From Candidatus Thorarchaeota archaeon (GTDB lineage: Archaea > Asgardarchaeota > Thorarchaeia > Thorarchaeales > Thorarchaeaceae), in the NCBI GenBank assembly GCA_038893995.1, contig JAWAQK010000003.1, positions 24,710-80,784 on the forward strand: a stretch of DNA of 56,075 bases, written 5' to 3'. Both the position numbers and the translations under genes were made by a program. Below, one piece after another: positions 54,818 to 56,075 of the stretch. Numbering within the stretch: position 1 is the first letter of the stretch; the number at the start of each line of letters is the position of its first letter. The notes under the pieces are model-generated. The model was given only the letters and a program-made list of their open reading frames with translations. It was not told the DNA's origin and ran no database searches.

Positions 54818-56068
54818 ATGCCGGCACATCTCGATACCATGGGTTCAGTTCCTGACGGATTCCGGTCACTTGTGGTGTATCCGGCATTTGCCTTGCAGGC
54901 CACTGCTCAGTCCATATCGTGGCAATTCATCACCTACTTCGTGAACCATGAACTTCAGGTGGAGTCGTTCCTGATGATGGCGGTCATATGGTCACTGCCT
55001 GCGTTCGTGACAATGGTCGCCACATCATTCTGGGGGATCATATCGGACAGGACTGGAGCAAGAAAGCCATTCATGGTGATGGGTTTTCTGGTCTACGCCG
55101 AGACATTCCTGTTCTACTCGATGGTGAGCACAGGACTGCAGTACTTTCTCATTGCAATGATCGGGGCAGCCGTTGCTCCAGCTGCCATTCCCGCTGGACA
55201 GGCCTACGTCACGCGGGGAATCACCCAGAGGGGAGCGCGAATAGGATACCTCCTGGTCGCCCAGTCTGTGGGCTGGTCAGTAGGTGCACTCTTCAGCGGA
55301 CTCCTGTACGATCTGATCGGTATGTTTGCCCTCTACAGAGCGAGCGCAGCTCTCTCGCTGCTGGCGGCTATCACGGTATTGACCCTGGCCGAGACCAGGC
55401 ATGTGCAACCATCAATACCCCGGCGGCACATTGGTGTCCCGCCCATCCTGCATCAGCGTGGGATCTGGACACTCCTGCTGGCAGTTGGCCTGAGTGCTCT
55501 GGGGAACAACGCAGTATCATTTGTCTTGGCAATAATCATTGTAGACGAGCTTGGTGGTTCAACTGTGTACGTGGGTTACGCGAATGCAGCTGCCACCCTG
55601 CTGGCTGCAACACTGGCCGGTTTCATCGGACGACTTGCTGACAGAAAGGGAGCCGCGAATGTTCTGGTCGCGGCGTATGCAAGCTACTCGATGTACGCCA
55701 TCGCGTTCGCTCTTGCAGGAGACGCCATGAGCGCAACACTGCTATACGCCCTCCCACTGTATCCGATGGCGTCTACAGGAGCCTATGCACTGGCCGCTAC
55801 TCTGTCTGACGACTCCAAGCGTGGTTCGGCCATGGGACTTGTGAATGGAATGATGAACGCGGGGGCGGCACTTGGACCGATGATGGGCGGTTATCTTGCA
55901 GAGACCGTGTTTGGCCGGGCGCAACCAATTTCCTGGCTCAATGCCCTCTGCAATGCGATGGCACTAGTGCTTGCATTGCTCCTAGTGAGGAGCACTAGGA
56001 CAGTGCGTGTGAGGCTCACAGCTGAGAGTGACTCTGGAGTCGAGACTGACCGAGACATACATCAGTAG
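54818..56068 (+). CDS. MFS transporter
   Basis: About 12 TM; motif A WGIISDRTGARK and GRLADRKG; RGSAMG, GAALGPMMGG. Confidence 0.9.
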   Translation: MPAHLDTMGSVPDGFRSLVVYPAFALQATAQSISWQFITYFVNHELQVESFLMMAVIWSLPAFVTMVATSFWGIISDRTGARKPFMVMGFLVYAETFLFYSMVSTGLQYFLIAMIGAAVAPAAIPAGQAYVTRGITQRGARIGYLLVAQSVGWSVGALFSGLLYDLIGMFALYRASAALSLLAAITVLTLAETRHVQPSIPRRHIGVPPILHQRGIWTLLLAVGLSALGNNAVSFVLAIIIVDELGGSTVYVGYANAAATLLAATLAGFIGRLADRKGAANVLVAAYASYSMYAIAFALAGDAMSATLLYALPLYPMASTGAYALAATLSDDSKRGSAMGLVNGMMNAGAALGPMMGGYLAETVFGRAQPISWLNALCNAMALVLALLLVRSTRTVRVRLTAESDSGVETDRDIHQ

Positions 56069-56075
56069 ATTGGGC

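Noticed and set aside
1-56075. tRNA, rRNA, transposase or integrase genes
   Set aside because: None recognised by eye in any intergenic region or ORF; tRNAscan-SE/Infernal would be needed to exclude them formally.

Overview
Archaeal genomic window, most likely from an Asgard archaeon (Thorarchaeota-like). This is inferred from three Rab/Roc-like small GTPases, longin-fold proteins, an LRR protein, a NosD/Ig surface protein and archaeal RBS/TATA features. In order: (1) a type III-C CRISPR-Cas effector operon (cmr1-cmr6-cas10-cmr4-cmr5-cmr3), with no array or adaptation genes in the window and a Cas10 whose HD and GGDD motifs both look degenerate; (2) an MgtA-type P-type ATPase with a C-terminal winged-helix-like tail; (3) a frameshifted secreted protein with an FrpC-type self-processing-module-like domain; (4) a eukaryote-like NYN-LOTUS x3-OHA RNase; (5) a DMT transporter, Rab-like GTPase, radical SAM enzyme and beta-helix/Ig surface protein; (6) a sulfur/thiol-redox region (dsrEFH, PDO, trxB, glutaredoxin, ferritin-like, TrxB-like, Trx, HxlR). 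In the middle of that region is the most striking element, a tandemly duplicated minus-strand operon (25987-32852): Zn-ribbon protein, longin-fold protein, one or two 15-TM (7+1+7) membrane proteins, small GTPase. It looks like an undescribed receptor-coupled small-GTPase signalling module. The rest holds an isoaspartyl peptidase, a LolD/FtsX ABC system preceded by a highly structured leader, a Dpp/Opp peptide ABC transporter followed by an unannotated CTG-start small membrane protein, a GNAT, an orphan pair of degenerate DppD-like ATPases and an MFS transporter. All assignments are from motifs read by eye; no searches were run.
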